DNA from: Candidatus Omnitrophota bacterium
Lineage (GTDB): Bacteria > Omnitrophota > Gorgyraeia > Zapsychrales > Fredricksoniimonadaceae
Assembly: GCA_037131245.1 (NCBI GenBank)
Contig: JBAXRK010000001.1
Span: forward strand, 152,385-216,384
Length of the DNA stretch: 64,000 nucleotides
Direction: 5' to 3'
How positions within the stretch are numbered: position 1 is the first letter of the stretch; each line of letters opens with the position of its first letter. A model generated the notes under the pieces. The model saw nothing but the letters and a program-made list of their open reading frames with translations. It ran no database searches and was not told the origin of the DNA. A program made the position numbers and the translations under genes. Positions 45,034 to 53,779 of the stretch are shown here, piece by piece.

Positions 45034-45858
45034 TTAATGACCCGCGCGCTTCTGCCCGCGCTCGAGGTCCATGGCTTTCTTAAAACAAACGATGGCATCA
45101 TTATGATTGCCGTTGCTCTCATAGAGGAACCCGAGCGCCTGGTAATACACCGCCTGGCGGGGCTCGACGTCGATCGCTTTCTTATAAAACTTCTTGGCTT
45201 CTTCCACATTCTCGGTCTTTTCGTAGCAGGTACCGAGATGATAATAACTATCAGCGTGCTCGTCATTAACTTCAATAGCCTTGAGAAGATAGGGGATCGC
45301 CTCCGCATACTCTTCAAGCACCACCAGGCAATCGCCAAGCTCGGTAATGATGTTCACGTCATTCTTGTCGAGCTTCTCGGCTTTTTTCAAATATTCAACG
45401 GCTTCCTTATGCTCTTCCATGTTCTTATGGCACATCGCCAGCATATAAAGAACGTCGACGTCGCCCGGATTCTCTTCGTCAAAAAGAAGGAACGCGTGCT
45501 GGGACTTCTCAAAATCGCCTTTTTCAAAATACTTATACCCCTGGTCCTTATTGAAAGACGCCTGGGTCTGCTCGGGCGCCACGAAAACGCTCTGGTAGGC
45601 GTTCGACAGTCCGTTAATGATGCGCTCGGCGGTTGACAGGGTCACATTGGTAGCCACTTTGAAATGATGGCCGATATCAGGAACCTTCTCGGCTCTGGCT
45701 TTTTTGGTCACCCGGGGATGACGGCGAACGGGCTTTTCCGCGGCGTCGGCAGCATCATCCGCTTCTTCAACCAACGTGCCCGCGTCGAGGTCACTCGACG
45801 TATCGGCCTCTTTGACCGCGTCTTCATTGTGTCTTTTGTGTTTCTTTAATTCTTCCAT
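45034..45858 (-). CDS. mamA: TPR-repeat protein (MamA-like) with acidic N-terminal extension
   Basis: Five or so 34-residue repeats from about aa 100 (e.g. AVEYLKKAEKLDKNDV, AIPYLLKAIEVNDEHADSYYHLGTCY, AKKFYKKAIDVEPRQAVYYQALGFLY). Confidence 0.75.
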   Translation of the reverse strand: MEELKKHKRHNEDAVKEADTSSDLDAGTLVEEADDAADAAEKPVRRHPRVTKKARAEKVPDIGHHFKVATNVTLSTAERIINGLSNAYQSVFVAPEQTQASFNKDQGYKYFEKGDFEKSQHAFLLFDEENPGDVDVLYMLAMCHKNMEEHKEAVEYLKKAEKLDKNDVNIITELGDCLVVLEEYAEAIPYLLKAIEVNDEHADSYYHLGTCYEKTENVEEAKKFYKKAIDVEPRQAVYYQALGFLYESNGNHNDAIVCFKKAMDLERGQKRAGH

Positions 45859-45872
45859 ATTCCCTCTTTTGA

Positions 45873-46784
45873 TTATTTCCTTGCCGCAGCCAGCGCAAGG
45901 GCCTTAGGAGTTAAATTTTCCTTACACGTGAACGCGACCGTCACTTCCTTGATCTGCGCGTATTTACGCATCAGGGCCTGACGGACTTCACGGGCGATCG
46001 CATGGCCTTCCTTGACCGTCCGTTTCGGGTCAATAATGATCTCAAGGTCGACCCAGGCATGCTGCCCCACGCGACGGGCATGGACATAATTAACGCCCAT
46101 CACCTGGCGGTACTTCATGACTTCCGCCTCGATGACCTTTTCCTTATCGCCGGGCAGGGCTTCATCGATGAGGTTCTTGAACGACTGCAACCCCAGCGTG
46201 ACCGCCGACTTGCCGATCATCAGGCCAACGAAGATCGCCGCCAGCGCGTCTATAATAGGAAAACCGATATTGGCCGCGAAAACGCCGAACAACACCGCGA
46301 TACTTGAAAGCATGTCGGAGCGGTTCTCCTGGGCATTCGCGATCATCGCCGGTGAATTCAGTTTTCTGCCCACGCAAAAGCCGTAAGACGACAAAATGAA
46401 GTTCGCCAGGATCGCGACCAAAGCCGCGAAGAACGCCGCCATGTGGGGCGCCTTGATCTCGCCGCTCACAATGACCGCGATGGCGTCGATCAGGATCATG
46501 CATGAAATACCAAAGAGCAGAATATACGCGAAAACCGCGCCGATGAATTCCGATTTGCCCAGGCCCCAGGGATATTTCTTATCATCCCGGTGGCTGGAGA
46601 GCTTGACCGTGATGATGACCATGAGCGTCGTCGCCACGTCGGTACCGCTGTGAAACCCGTCAGCCACCAGACCCTTCGACTTGGCGGCATAACCGATATA
46701 GATCTGAAAGATCGCAAGCGTCAAATTCCCAAGGAGGACGATCCAGGGAACGATCTTGCCGCATTTAACGCAACGTTCTTGCAT
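45873..46784 (-). CDS. mamB: Cation diffusion facilitator, MamB-like
   Basis: N-terminal CVKC, TM2 ADGFHSGTD, YPWGLGKSEF, TM5 NAQENRSD (compare the MamB NAWDNRSD as I recall it), CDF C-terminal fold. Confidence 0.8.
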   Translation of the reverse strand: MQERCVKCGKIVPWIVLLGNLTLAIFQIYIGYAAKSKGLVADGFHSGTDVATTLMVIITVKLSSHRDDKKYPWGLGKSEFIGAVFAYILLFGISCMILIDAIAVIVSGEIKAPHMAAFFAALVAILANFILSSYGFCVGRKLNSPAMIANAQENRSDMLSSIAVLFGVFAANIGFPIIDALAAIFVGLMIGKSAVTLGLQSFKNLIDEALPGDKEKVIEAEVMKYRQVMGVNYVHARRVGQHAWVDLEIIIDPKRTVKEGHAIAREVRQALMRKYAQIKEVTVAFTCKENLTPKALALAAARK

Positions 46785-46787
46785 AAA

Positions 46788-47687
46788 TTATTCCGCCGGA
46801 AAATCCTGAATAAAGATATTACCGATGTACTTATCTTCGCTTCTAAGCAAAGCCCGGACCGACTGATTGATGTGCTTGGCCTCAACAACACTGAGCTCGG
46901 GGCTAAGCTGCAACCCGATATCGAGTACGATCTGCCGCCCTGTCTGGCGCGCCCGAACGTGTTTGATCTTGGCGATCCCCTTTACCGTCTCGACCGTGCG
47001 GTGGATCTTCTCCAGGTACTCCTCGGGCAGGTTCGTATCAACGATGCCTTTAAGCCCGCTTTTGAGGATCTCAAAACTGGCATGCAAAACGTGTGCGCAC
47101 TCGAAGATCGCGATGACCGGGTCCACCCAGTGCAACCCCATGCGGGTCACGACCACGCCGATCGCGACCAGGAGCGATGAAATAACGTCGATCTTGTTAT
47201 GTTCCGCGTGCGCTTTTAAGGAAGGGCTGTTAAGCTCCTGCCCGCTGCAATGCGAAAATTTATAAATGAACGCGCTGATGGTGGCCGACAGGATCGCCAC
47301 GAAAAACACCACCGAGTGCTGGACCACAAAGGTGCGCTTGGCCAGAACAATGAAAGAGCTCAAGATCAGCGCCAGCGTACCCAGGATCATGATGACGCTC
47401 ATCACGACTTGCGCGATGAACTCGATCTTGCCGTAGCCGTAAGGGTAGCGGTGATCGGCCGGCTTCTTGGAATACTTGACGCCGATAATGACTACGATCG
47501 AAGAAAGAACGTCACTCAAATTACAAAGCCCGCTGCCGATGAGCGCGCGGCTGCGGCCCATGAACCCCACGAACAACTTGAACGCCGCCAGGAACAGATT
47601 CGCGATAATGCCCGCGAAGATCGTCTTGCGCGCGCAAGCCTCGCATTTCTGTGAATTCTTTTTCTTTGGCTCGTTATTTGACGACAT
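46788..47687 (-). CDS. mamM: Cation diffusion facilitator, MamM-like
   Basis: N-terminal CEAC, TM2 GSGLCNLSD, YPYGYGKIEF, TM5 HAEHNKID, CDF C-terminal fold. Immediately upstream of the MamB-like gene. Confidence 0.75.
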   Translation of the reverse strand: MSSNNEPKKKNSQKCEACARKTIFAGIIANLFLAAFKLFVGFMGRSRALIGSGLCNLSDVLSSIVVIIGVKYSKKPADHRYPYGYGKIEFIAQVVMSVIMILGTLALILSSFIVLAKRTFVVQHSVVFFVAILSATISAFIYKFSHCSGQELNSPSLKAHAEHNKIDVISSLLVAIGVVVTRMGLHWVDPVIAIFECAHVLHASFEILKSGLKGIVDTNLPEEYLEKIHRTVETVKGIAKIKHVRARQTGRQIVLDIGLQLSPELSVVEAKHINQSVRALLRSEDKYIGNIFIQDFPAE

Positions 47688-47962
47688 TACGCCTCATCTT
47701 CGAACAACTCGCCATCATCCTCTTCCGCCGCCACCGCCTTGGCCTTGCGGTTCATCCTTGACCCGAAATGGACCATCATCCAGAACATATTGCTGGCGCC
47801 AATGACATAAGAGACGGCAATAATAATGATCAGCCCGCACTGGCGGCCCTTGAAGAACGGGATCCAGATCCTGACCGGGTCAAGGTTCTCAAAAACGAAC
47901 ATCCCCATGAACAGGGCGGCCAGCAGGAAAGCGATGATCTTAAGTATCAGTTTGATGTTCAT
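47687..47962 (-). CDS. Small membrane protein, LapA-domain-like, acidic tail
   Basis: Two TM helices with the FENLDPVRIWIPFF loop; tail EEDDGELFEDEA. Confidence 0.5.
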   Translation of the reverse strand: MNIKLILKIIAFLLAALFMGMFVFENLDPVRIWIPFFKGRQCGLIIIIAVSYVIGASNMFWMMVHFGSRMNRKAKAVAAEEDDGELFEDEA

Positions 47963-49155
47963 AGCGCCGGTTTCAAGATGATATGACAGTTATTGCATTT
48001 GCCCCGGAATTCATGGGGAGCAACCGCGCCTTTAGTGATCGGCGGCGGCGTGGGCAAAATATCGCCCGCGTCCGTGGGAAGCTGGCCGCCGGTGATCATG
48101 ATGATATGACAGGCCGTGCACGGCTTACCCTGCTGGCGCTTGCGATGGGGCGCGAGCGCGCCGGGCTTGATCGGCTGGGCCGCTTCATTCTGCGAAAAGC
48201 CCAGCGTTCGGTCGGAAACAAACGTGAATTCCATCATCCGCCCGCGGCGGTTAACCTGCACCCGGGCCTTTTTGGCATTCTTGACCCGGCGGGTCGCCTC
48301 GGTGAACGCCGCGAGGTCAGGTGTGGAAAAATGTTCAACGCCGATCACCATGTCGCCGGCCAGAATTCCGGACTCGGCAGACTCAAGCGAAATCTCGTCG
48401 ACCAGCAAACCCTTCGTGTCGGGCGCGATGCCGAATTCTTTAGCCAACTCAGGTACCAATGGAATAAGCTCCATGCCCAGCCAATGGCCTTCAACAAGTT
48501 CTTTATGCGCCGCGCCCTGTTCTTTGGGCGAAGGAAGCATGATGGTCGGAGCCCGGCGGTTTACAACGGGCGCTGCCGCGGCACCGGCTTCCTGGACCAG
48601 CGCGACCGGGGCCAAGGCCGCGTCACCAAAAGTCGTTTCCTTCATCGCGACCGGCGCGCCTTCCGTCGTCTGAGCAACGGGCGTGGCCAGGCCATGGCCG
48701 GTCGTACCCGGATCGATATTAAGCATTTTCTTCATCGTATCGTGCATGCTGCCGGTGCTCTGCATCGTAATGAACAAGGGCTGGCCTTGACGGAGAATAT
48801 CAAGAAGAACGCCGTTACTGACATCGGTGACCTTGGTCACTTTAAGAAAATCATTGATCGTAAGCGTCGGCTTATTGTTGATCGATTTAATAACGTCGCC
48901 GCCGCGCACGCCCGACGCGAATGCCGGGTCTTCACACCAGTTGACCACCACGCCCTTCTCGTCTTTGGGAATGCTGAACTCCATCTGCAGCGCCGGCGTC
49001 ATGTTCGACACCGTCATGCCCGACCACTCGGCGTCGCCCGCCCCGATGTGCATGAGCGCGGCCGTGATAAAGAGGCCCAAAATGATGAGCAGGGTCAAGA
49101 GCAAACCCCTCTTCATTTTTTTATAGCGGTATTCCTGTAATTGCGGCTCAAGCAT
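47959..49155 (-). CDS. TM + two PDZ + two magnetochrome motifs (MamP / MamE-C-terminal-like)
   Basis: PDZ1 WSGMTVSNMTPALQMEF...GDVIKSINN. PDZ2 WLGMELIPLVPELAKEFGI...GDMVIGVEH. PCTACH and HEFRGKCNNCH. Confidence 0.85.
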   Translation of the reverse strand: MLEPQLQEYRYKKMKRGLLLTLLIILGLFITAALMHIGAGDAEWSGMTVSNMTPALQMEFSIPKDEKGVVVNWCEDPAFASGVRGGDVIKSINNKPTLTINDFLKVTKVTDVSNGVLLDILRQGQPLFITMQSTGSMHDTMKKMLNIDPGTTGHGLATPVAQTTEGAPVAMKETTFGDAALAPVALVQEAGAAAAPVVNRRAPTIMLPSPKEQGAAHKELVEGHWLGMELIPLVPELAKEFGIAPDTKGLLVDEISLESAESGILAGDMVIGVEHFSTPDLAAFTEATRRVKNAKKARVQVNRRGRMMEFTFVSDRTLGFSQNEAAQPIKPGALAPHRKRQQGKPCTACHIIMITGGQLPTDAGDILPTPPPITKGAVAPHEFRGKCNNCHIILKPAL

Positions 49156-49167
49156 AGATCCTGTTCT

Positions 49168-49431
49168 TTACTCTTTGGCGATCGTTTTGGGATTAAGGTT
49201 GATGTGTTCGACGCCGACATTACATTCTTTGCAAACCCAGAGCTCGCGCTTGGCGGTGCTCATGTAAATACCGATAATGACCAGCGGAATACCCACCACC
49301 ATACCGACCCAGAACAGGGTCATCAGGATACCGGCCAGGATAATGAACCCGGCGGCCTTGCGGTTATAACGCGGACCGTTAAAAAGCTGCATTTCACCGT
49401 TACAATGTGAGCACTTGATCGCTTTAGCCAT
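49168..49431 (-). CDS. Membrane protein with split zinc ribbon
   Basis: CSHC...(two TM helices)...CKEC. 87 aa. Confidence 0.55.
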   Translation of the reverse strand: MAKAIKCSHCNGEMQLFNGPRYNRKAAGFIILAGILMTLFWVGMVVGIPLVIIGIYMSTAKRELWVCKECNVGVEHINLNPKTIAKE

Positions 49432-49440
49432 ATACTCCTC

Positions 49441-49674
49441 TTAATTTTTTCCCGCGATCAGGTCGTCGATCGCTTTTTCTTTGTCCGCGTCAAAAACTTC
49501 GGTCGTTTGTTCGGTCTGCACCGGACGGGACGACTTCACCAAGGGTGCGCTTTTCACTTCAGGTGTTGCTTCGGCCTTCGGGGCTTTGTCTTTTTTATTT
49601 TTACCCGTGACTGATAATCCAATGCCTAACGCTGCTGCAATAACCGTGAATGCCCAAATGGACAGTGGCTCCAT
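49441..49674 (-). CDS. Small single-TM protein
   Basis: 77 aa. TM IWAFTVIAAALGIGLSV followed by a charged tail. Confidence 0.5.
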   Translation of the reverse strand: MEPLSIWAFTVIAAALGIGLSVTGKNKKDKAPKAEATPEVKSAPLVKSSRPVQTEQTTEVFDADKEKAIDDLIAGKN

Positions 49675-49686
49675 ATGTACCTCTCT

Positions 49687-51300
49687 TTATTTGATCGCCA
49701 TGTGGGCGACGTTCGGATCCTGCATGCCATTATTCTGCGCGACTTCATTCTCGACGGCCTGTTGCTGCATTGGAACATTCTGCATCGCCACGGGTTGAGC
49801 CTGTACTGCCTGCGCCGGCGCGATCTGATGGCAATTGGAACAAACACCGCGATAAGCGTGCGGCATCGTCGCATTAGCGGCGATCGTGATATCAGGTTTT
49901 ACCGTATGACAATTTTCGCAAACACCCCGGAACTGGTGAGGCATCACCGCATCGCGAAAGATCGGCGGAGCACTGTTAGGCACGGGATTCGCCACCGGAG
50001 CGTTTTGGACCATGGCGATCCGCGACGCCGGATTGACCCGCTTCATGATCTGCCCGCAATTGGGACAACGCGGAAATTCATTCATGCCCTGCTCGGAATG
50101 CATCAACCAACCGCAATTGGGACATTTAAAACCATTGGTCATGTCCGGATTCGGGCTGAAAAAATTCGCCTGAGTGCCCATCATCATGGCCTGCTGACCC
50201 ATGGCCTGCTGAGCCATCGCTTGCTGAGCCATCGCTTGCTGACCGAAGGCCTGATTCTGCATCTGCATTTCCGGCTGTTCAACGAACGGGTTCACGAGAC
50301 GATTCTGATTCTGGGCCTGCATATCAAGCGCCATCGACCCGCCGCAATTCGGGCACTGTGGAAACCCATCGCCTTGCTGGCTACTTTTCATGCGCCAGTT
50401 ACAGATAGGACAAACATACGCCCGCTGGCCCCAACCGAACCAGCCGGCTTGCATTGCTCCCGCGCCCCCCTGGGCCATGGCTTGCTGTTGGGCCAACTGC
50501 TGCTGAAGGATCTGCTGCTGATACAAATAACCCGGGCCGTTGCCGTTATGAAGCATGCCGATGCCTTGAAAACCACCGGGGAGAGGACAAGTCGGTTGCT
50601 GAGCCTGCATCATATAATTCATCGGCATATTCTGCATGCCCATGCCTTGCTGCATCATATTTCCCTGCATGCCCATCGGCATATTCGCTGCCATCCCGCC
50701 GCCCATCCCCCCTACGGGGGCCATGCCTTGCATCTGCATTTGCTGTTGAACAGGAATTTGCTGGGCTTGCCCGGGCATCGGAGAGGCCGGAATTCTCGCC
50801 TGACGATATAAACTGATCACTTTCTGCGCCCGGCCCTGATACCCGCCGAACACCCTGATGCCGAACTGCGAAAGCGTATTGTAGGTCTGCTGATCCACAC
50901 TGCCGACGATGACCGCTTCCTCGCCCTTGCTGGCGATCAAATACGTCATCTGCTGGCTGGGCCCCTGGCCGAAATAAGGGTTCTTAACCACTTCCATCAA
51001 TTTCTTGTTGAGCGGATTGACGACCAGAAAATAACGGGCCTCGGACAAGGTCGGCGCGACAGGCGCCGCCAGCGAACGGCCGCCGGTCGCGATAACGATC
51101 ATCCCGCAAGCCGGGTTACCTTTGGCCGTGCCGGTCGATTCCGCCGAGAACAGGGCATATGTCCCGACGATCAAGATGAGCACGATCGCGGAAAAAATGA
51201 AGATAACGTTCAGGTCGGTATCCTTGAACCGTTCTTCGACCTTTGCCAGGATCGACTTAAGATCAATATTGAACGCGGCGCCCTCAGACTTCTTAGCCAT
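49687..51300 (-). CDS. Mosaic protein: TM + NifX/NafY-like domain + Met/Gln-rich low-complexity region + two zinc ribbons + two magnetochromes
   Basis: LSEARYFLVVN...AVIVGSVDQQTYNTLSQFGIRVF. aa 171-380 are Q/M/G-rich with QQAMAQQAMAQQAMGQQAM. CPIC..CPNC and CPNC..CPNC. HQFRGVCENCH and HAYRGVCSNCH. Confidence 0.8.
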   Translation of the reverse strand: MAKKSEGAAFNIDLKSILAKVEERFKDTDLNVIFIFSAIVLILIVGTYALFSAESTGTAKGNPACGMIVIATGGRSLAAPVAPTLSEARYFLVVNPLNKKLMEVVKNPYFGQGPSQQMTYLIASKGEEAVIVGSVDQQTYNTLSQFGIRVFGGYQGRAQKVISLYRQARIPASPMPGQAQQIPVQQQMQMQGMAPVGGMGGGMAANMPMGMQGNMMQQGMGMQNMPMNYMMQAQQPTCPLPGGFQGIGMLHNGNGPGYLYQQQILQQQLAQQQAMAQGGAGAMQAGWFGWGQRAYVCPICNWRMKSSQQGDGFPQCPNCGGSMALDMQAQNQNRLVNPFVEQPEMQMQNQAFGQQAMAQQAMAQQAMGQQAMMMGTQANFFSPNPDMTNGFKCPNCGWLMHSEQGMNEFPRCPNCGQIMKRVNPASRIAMVQNAPVANPVPNSAPPIFRDAVMPHQFRGVCENCHTVKPDITIAANATMPHAYRGVCSNCHQIAPAQAVQAQPVAMQNVPMQQQAVENEVAQNNGMQDPNVAHMAIK

Positions 51301-51312
51301 ACCCCATCTCCA

Positions 51313-51930
51313 TTATTTAACGACCGGACCGTACTGGAACGCCTGCCCCAACACCGGTGAACCTAATTGCCATGTCCCCTTGTTCGGCCCGAACAGCGGA
51401 CCATACTGATATTCAAAAGGGACCGTGATATATAAATTTTCTTTACCGCGGAACACGTCGAGCAGAATGCCGTTGGTAAAACGCGTATTCTGCGCCGCGT
51501 CCACAAACTCGCGGCTGTTACGCACCGGATGGCGGTTAAGCGACACGATCACGTCGCCCATCTTGACGCCGTTGCGGAACGCTTCCTGCGTGCCCTGATC
51601 GACCACGAACATCCCCTTGATACGGCCGGGGATCTTGAATTCCTTGCGCAGCATCGGCGACACCGGCGCGATCTCCATGCCCAGCCACACCAGCGTATCG
51701 GTCTTTTTAAAGACCTGCGGCTTCTGCGCTTTCATCTCGGCCGTTTCCGGCAGCACTTCGGTCGCCCTTAAATACTCAACGCCCCAGGTCAATGTCAAAA
51801 TAACACCCGTCACGATCGCCGCCAGCACCCAGGGTTTCTCGCGCGCGAATTCCACCGTTTGCTTGATGACCTTCTGCCAAGGAGCAAACTCTTTTTCCGC
51901 CGCCTTGTGGTGTGTTTTTTTCTGTGTCAT
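51313..51930 (-). CDS. Membrane-anchored single-PDZ protein
   Basis: TM WVLAAIVTGVILTLTWGV. PDZ WLGMEIAPVSPMLRKEFKIPGRIKGMFVVD...GDVIVSLNR. Confidence 0.7.
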   Translation of the reverse strand: MTQKKTHHKAAEKEFAPWQKVIKQTVEFAREKPWVLAAIVTGVILTLTWGVEYLRATEVLPETAEMKAQKPQVFKKTDTLVWLGMEIAPVSPMLRKEFKIPGRIKGMFVVDQGTQEAFRNGVKMGDVIVSLNRHPVRNSREFVDAAQNTRFTNGILLDVFRGKENLYITVPFEYQYGPLFGPNKGTWQLGSPVLGQAFQYGPVVK

Positions 51931-53324
51931 TGCAACCTCACCAGGACTTCGTCGTACTTGCCGTTGCGGTAGATCCGCACGTTCACATTATCGCCCGCCT
52001 TGAAATGGGTCACGACCTTCGGGATATCATTGGTCTCCACGATCGGCACACCGGCGACCGACATCACGATGTCGCCGCGCATGATGCCGGCCATCGCCGC
52101 GGGAGAACCGTCAAGGATCCGATTGACCAGCACGCCCTGACCGAGCGGAATACCATACTGCTTGGAAATAATAGGATCGACCGCCATGACTTCGATACCG
52201 AAATGCACCGGCACCGGGCCCTGCTGTAAATGGCTGAACTTGGTGAGCGCCACATTGACCATACCCTTCTGATCGAGGGGAACGGTATAGCTCTTGCCAA
52301 GGTTAGCCGATAAGAAATCTTTGCAATTATTGATGGGAATAGCGAAACCCGTGCCGCTGAACACGCCGGTCGGCGCGTAGATGGCGGTATTGATCCCGAT
52401 GACCTCGCCCTTCATATTGACCAGCGGACCACCGGATGAGCCGCGGTTAATGGACGCGTCGGTCTGGAACAGATCTTTGTAGCGGACGCCATCAATGACC
52501 ATCGATTTGCGGTTGCCGCTGATAATACCGCTGGTGACCGTCTGCTCGATCCCGAAGGGGCTGCCCACCGCCACCACATAATCGCCCACCTGGGTCCAGC
52601 TGGAATCGCCAATTTTGGCTTCCGGGAAAAGAACATCCGCGCCCGTGATCTTGAGGATCGCCAGGTCCGAATTCGCATCCTGCGCCACGATCTGGGCCGG
52701 ATAATCGCGCGCGGGCGAACCGAACACGGTAACCATGATGTCGGTGGCGTCCTGCGTCACATGATAATTCGTCAGGATATAGCCGCGCTCGTCAACAAAA
52801 ACACCGCTGCCGATCCGTTCAAAACCTTTATTGGCAATAAATTTATCGATCACGCCATCGAAAGGCGGCACGAACTTGAGATTCTGCGCATCGGGTACCA
52901 CTTTGCGCGGAGCACGCACAACCCGTTGAGCGTGAATATCGCAGACGGTCGGAATAATGCCGTTGACCGCATCCTTAAGCGAATTCTGAAAACCGCCGGC
53001 ATTGTCAACCTGCTGAGCAACCAACTGCATACCGCCATTAGGCGTGGCCTTGGTAAGCGCCGCGCGCGCGTAGTTAGGATCGTTCCACTGAGCGGCAGGT
53101 GGCGTGACAGTCGCGGCAGGCATAACACCCTTAGGGAATGAAGGCTCGCCTTGGATCGGAGACGTCACCTTGGGAGGCTCGGGTGTTTCCAGTTCTAACG
53201 GAATGAAGATCTCGTTCCGTTTGAGAACGACCCACATGACCGACATGACCGAAACGCCAATAAGCCCGTAAACCCAGGGCTTGATCGACTGATTACAAAA
53301 TTCGTCATTGTGATCTTGAGGCAT
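51927..53324 (-). CDS. mamE: HtrA/DegP-type serine protease with one PDZ (MamE-like protease part)
   Basis: TM VYGLIGVSVMSVMWVVL. Triad contexts ILTNYHV, SDLAILKI, GSSGGPLVN. C-terminal PDZ. No CXXCH in this polypeptide. Confidence 0.85.
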   Translation of the reverse strand: MPQDHNDEFCNQSIKPWVYGLIGVSVMSVMWVVLKRNEIFIPLELETPEPPKVTSPIQGEPSFPKGVMPAATVTPPAAQWNDPNYARAALTKATPNGGMQLVAQQVDNAGGFQNSLKDAVNGIIPTVCDIHAQRVVRAPRKVVPDAQNLKFVPPFDGVIDKFIANKGFERIGSGVFVDERGYILTNYHVTQDATDIMVTVFGSPARDYPAQIVAQDANSDLAILKITGADVLFPEAKIGDSSWTQVGDYVVAVGSPFGIEQTVTSGIISGNRKSMVIDGVRYKDLFQTDASINRGSSGGPLVNMKGEVIGINTAIYAPTGVFSGTGFAIPINNCKDFLSANLGKSYTVPLDQKGMVNVALTKFSHLQQGPVPVHFGIEVMAVDPIISKQYGIPLGQGVLVNRILDGSPAAMAGIMRGDIVMSVAGVPIVETNDIPKVVTHFKAGDNVNVRIYRNGKYDEVLVRLQ

Positions 53325-53348
53325 TCTCTTCTAGCTCCGCTTCATTTC

Positions 53349-53567
53349 TTAAAAAAGGACTTTACCATCTGCTGTTGTCCCGGCCACAGGAGTGGCTGGA
53401 ACCGTATGCATCGTGCCCTGCGCCACCGGCTTGGGATGCTTCCTGGCCCGCTTACGCGCGCTGCCCTTGGTCTCAAAGAAAACCGCACCCGCGATCACGA
53501 TACAAACGATCAGGATGACCAGGTAACCGATCCAGGGACTAAAGCATTTATCGCTTCTGCCGATCAT
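53349..53567 (-). CDS. Small single-TM protein with basic tail
   Basis: 72 aa. TM WIGYLVILIVCIVIAGAVFF followed by a K/R/P-rich tail. Confidence 0.5.
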   Translation of the reverse strand: MIGRSDKCFSPWIGYLVILIVCIVIAGAVFFETKGSARKRARKHPKPVAQGTMHTVPATPVAGTTADGKVLF

Positions 53568-53579
53568 ATAAACCTCTTA

Positions 53580-53750
53580 TTACTTCTTTTCTTTGAGGAA
53601 TTTCAAACCCGTGTTAACCGCAATCAAACCGCCGATGAAGATCGCCAGGGGCATGCTGCCGCGCAGGAAATCGCCGAAATTATCCCACCAGCCGATGATA
53701 CCGATAATACCCAGAACTGCCGCGATCGAACCTCCGATAATGTGAACCAT
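53580..53750 (-). CDS. mamI: MamI-like small two-TM protein (56 aa), below ORF-track cutoff
   Basis: Hand translation: MVHIIGGSIAAVLGIIGIIGWWDNFGDFLRGSMPLAIFIGGLIAVNTGLKFLKEKK. The G-x-x-G-W-W ... F-L-R-G ... P pattern matches my recollection of MamI. AAGGAAAGGGGA lies upstream of the ATG. Confidence 0.65.
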   Translation of the reverse strand: MVHIIGGSIAAVLGIIGIIGWWDNFGDFLRGSMPLAIFIGGLIAVNTGLKFLKEKK

Positions 53751-53779
53751 GTGATTCCCCTTTCCTTGCGTTTATTAGA

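Noticed and set aside
50161-50240. Short tandem nucleotide repeats (ctgagccatcgcttg units), considered as a possible CRISPR array or minisatellite
   Set aside because: They are in-frame and encode the QQAMA repeat of the 537-aa protein. There is no spacer-repeat architecture and there are no cas genes. No CRISPR array is present in the window.
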